DNA of 63,348 nucleotides, the filler included, from Sphacelaria rigidula (Eukaryota), in assembly GCA_964200075.2 (NCBI GenBank). It is 9 parts of 9 records of this genome, joined end to end, with 100 filler letters (N's around TTAATTAATTAA, not from the genome) between each part and the next. Parts side by side here need not be neighbours in the genome. Positions count along the whole stretch, not along the records: positions 56,400 to 63,348 come from CAXNAA020017255.1; 8 more parts are not named here. One strand, given 5' to 3'. The position numbers and the translations under genes were made by a program. Every line of letters starts with the position of its first letter. The first letter of the stretch is position 1. This document shows, in pieces, positions 62,651 through 63,348 of this stretch. Below the pieces are notes generated by a model. It made no database searches. It saw nothing but the letters and a program-made list of their open reading frames with translations, and was not told the origin of the DNA.

Positions 62651-63287
62651 GATCCTGGAAAATGGGGTCCATCTCAAAAATGAGGTTGAAGTGGCATATA
62701 TTTTTTGTAGGGATGGCGCGAAATACTTACGACCGAGCGAAGCCATCTTCCCCCTCAAATGTCCTCAGCGGTTAAGCAGCTGTGGCAAGGTGCACCGAAC
62801 GAATGCGGTGTACACGCGTGTCGATGACGATGTCACCAGAGAGAGAAGCAACGACAGAGAGGAAGCTCCTCGCCCGTGTGGTTTGTGTGTTCTCGCTCGG
62901 CGATTACCAAACTCTCGAGAGACTGGAATCATCGATGTTACCAGCATGTGCCGAATTTTCCATGTGCCAGAACATCGAGGTGCGGAGAGGTTTTCTCTCG
63001 TCTTACAATTGCCTGTCGAGCTCACGAATGCAGAGACGGATTTCTCTCCGCCTCTTTTTTTGGACAGGACGCGCCTCTGTGCGCTGAAAAACATGCCGTT
63101 GAAAAACAGGGCAATGTTCCCGTCACCACTACTACTGTTCTCGGTCACACACATGCCAGCGGTGGTGCGGCCATAACAAATTGATTCAATTCGAACTTGG
63201 GGGGTGTTATTCATCTTTGAGTTTACCCACATCTGACCCTCTGGGTGCCCGACGAGAACAGCGTACCACACGCCAGTTGAGGGGGGT
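62651..63287 (+). repeat. ~640-bp repeat, inverted copy of 56401-57038; abuts the truncated 5' end of the RT
   Basis: See the partner copy; RT similarity stops abruptly at ~62647. Confidence 0.9.
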
Positions 63288-63348
63288 GTATGAGAGATCA
63301 AACACGTTTAGAGACCTTTTTGACATGCGGAGTGAAAAAAAGATACGT

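Overview
Eukaryotic DNA, most likely from a brown alga (Ectocarpus-like). This is inferred from an EsV-1-7 repeat gene, long GT-AG introns and stramenopile-type retroelements. The window is not one locus. It is nine contigs of 6951, 6951, 6950, 6950, 6950, 6949, 6949, 6949 and 6949 bp in decreasing size order, joined by an artificial 100-bp linker (N44-TTAATTAATTAA-N44), so adjacency across linkers has no biological meaning. Most of the content is decayed transposons: four Ty3/Gypsy pol or gag-pol fragments, the 3' end of a DIRS/Ngaro-type tyrosine-recombinase retroelement, several MITE/foldback elements, a ~198-bp palindrome-bearing satellite and a tRNA-derived head. Host-like coding sequence is limited to one apparently intact EsV-1-7 Cys/His-repeat gene (12 repeats) and a few isolated exons. 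Best leads: (1) a Gypsy lineage whose integrase ends in a chromodomain followed by a PWWP/Tudor-like module, seen in two divergent elements; (2) a hypervariable position in the EsV-1-7 repeat array.
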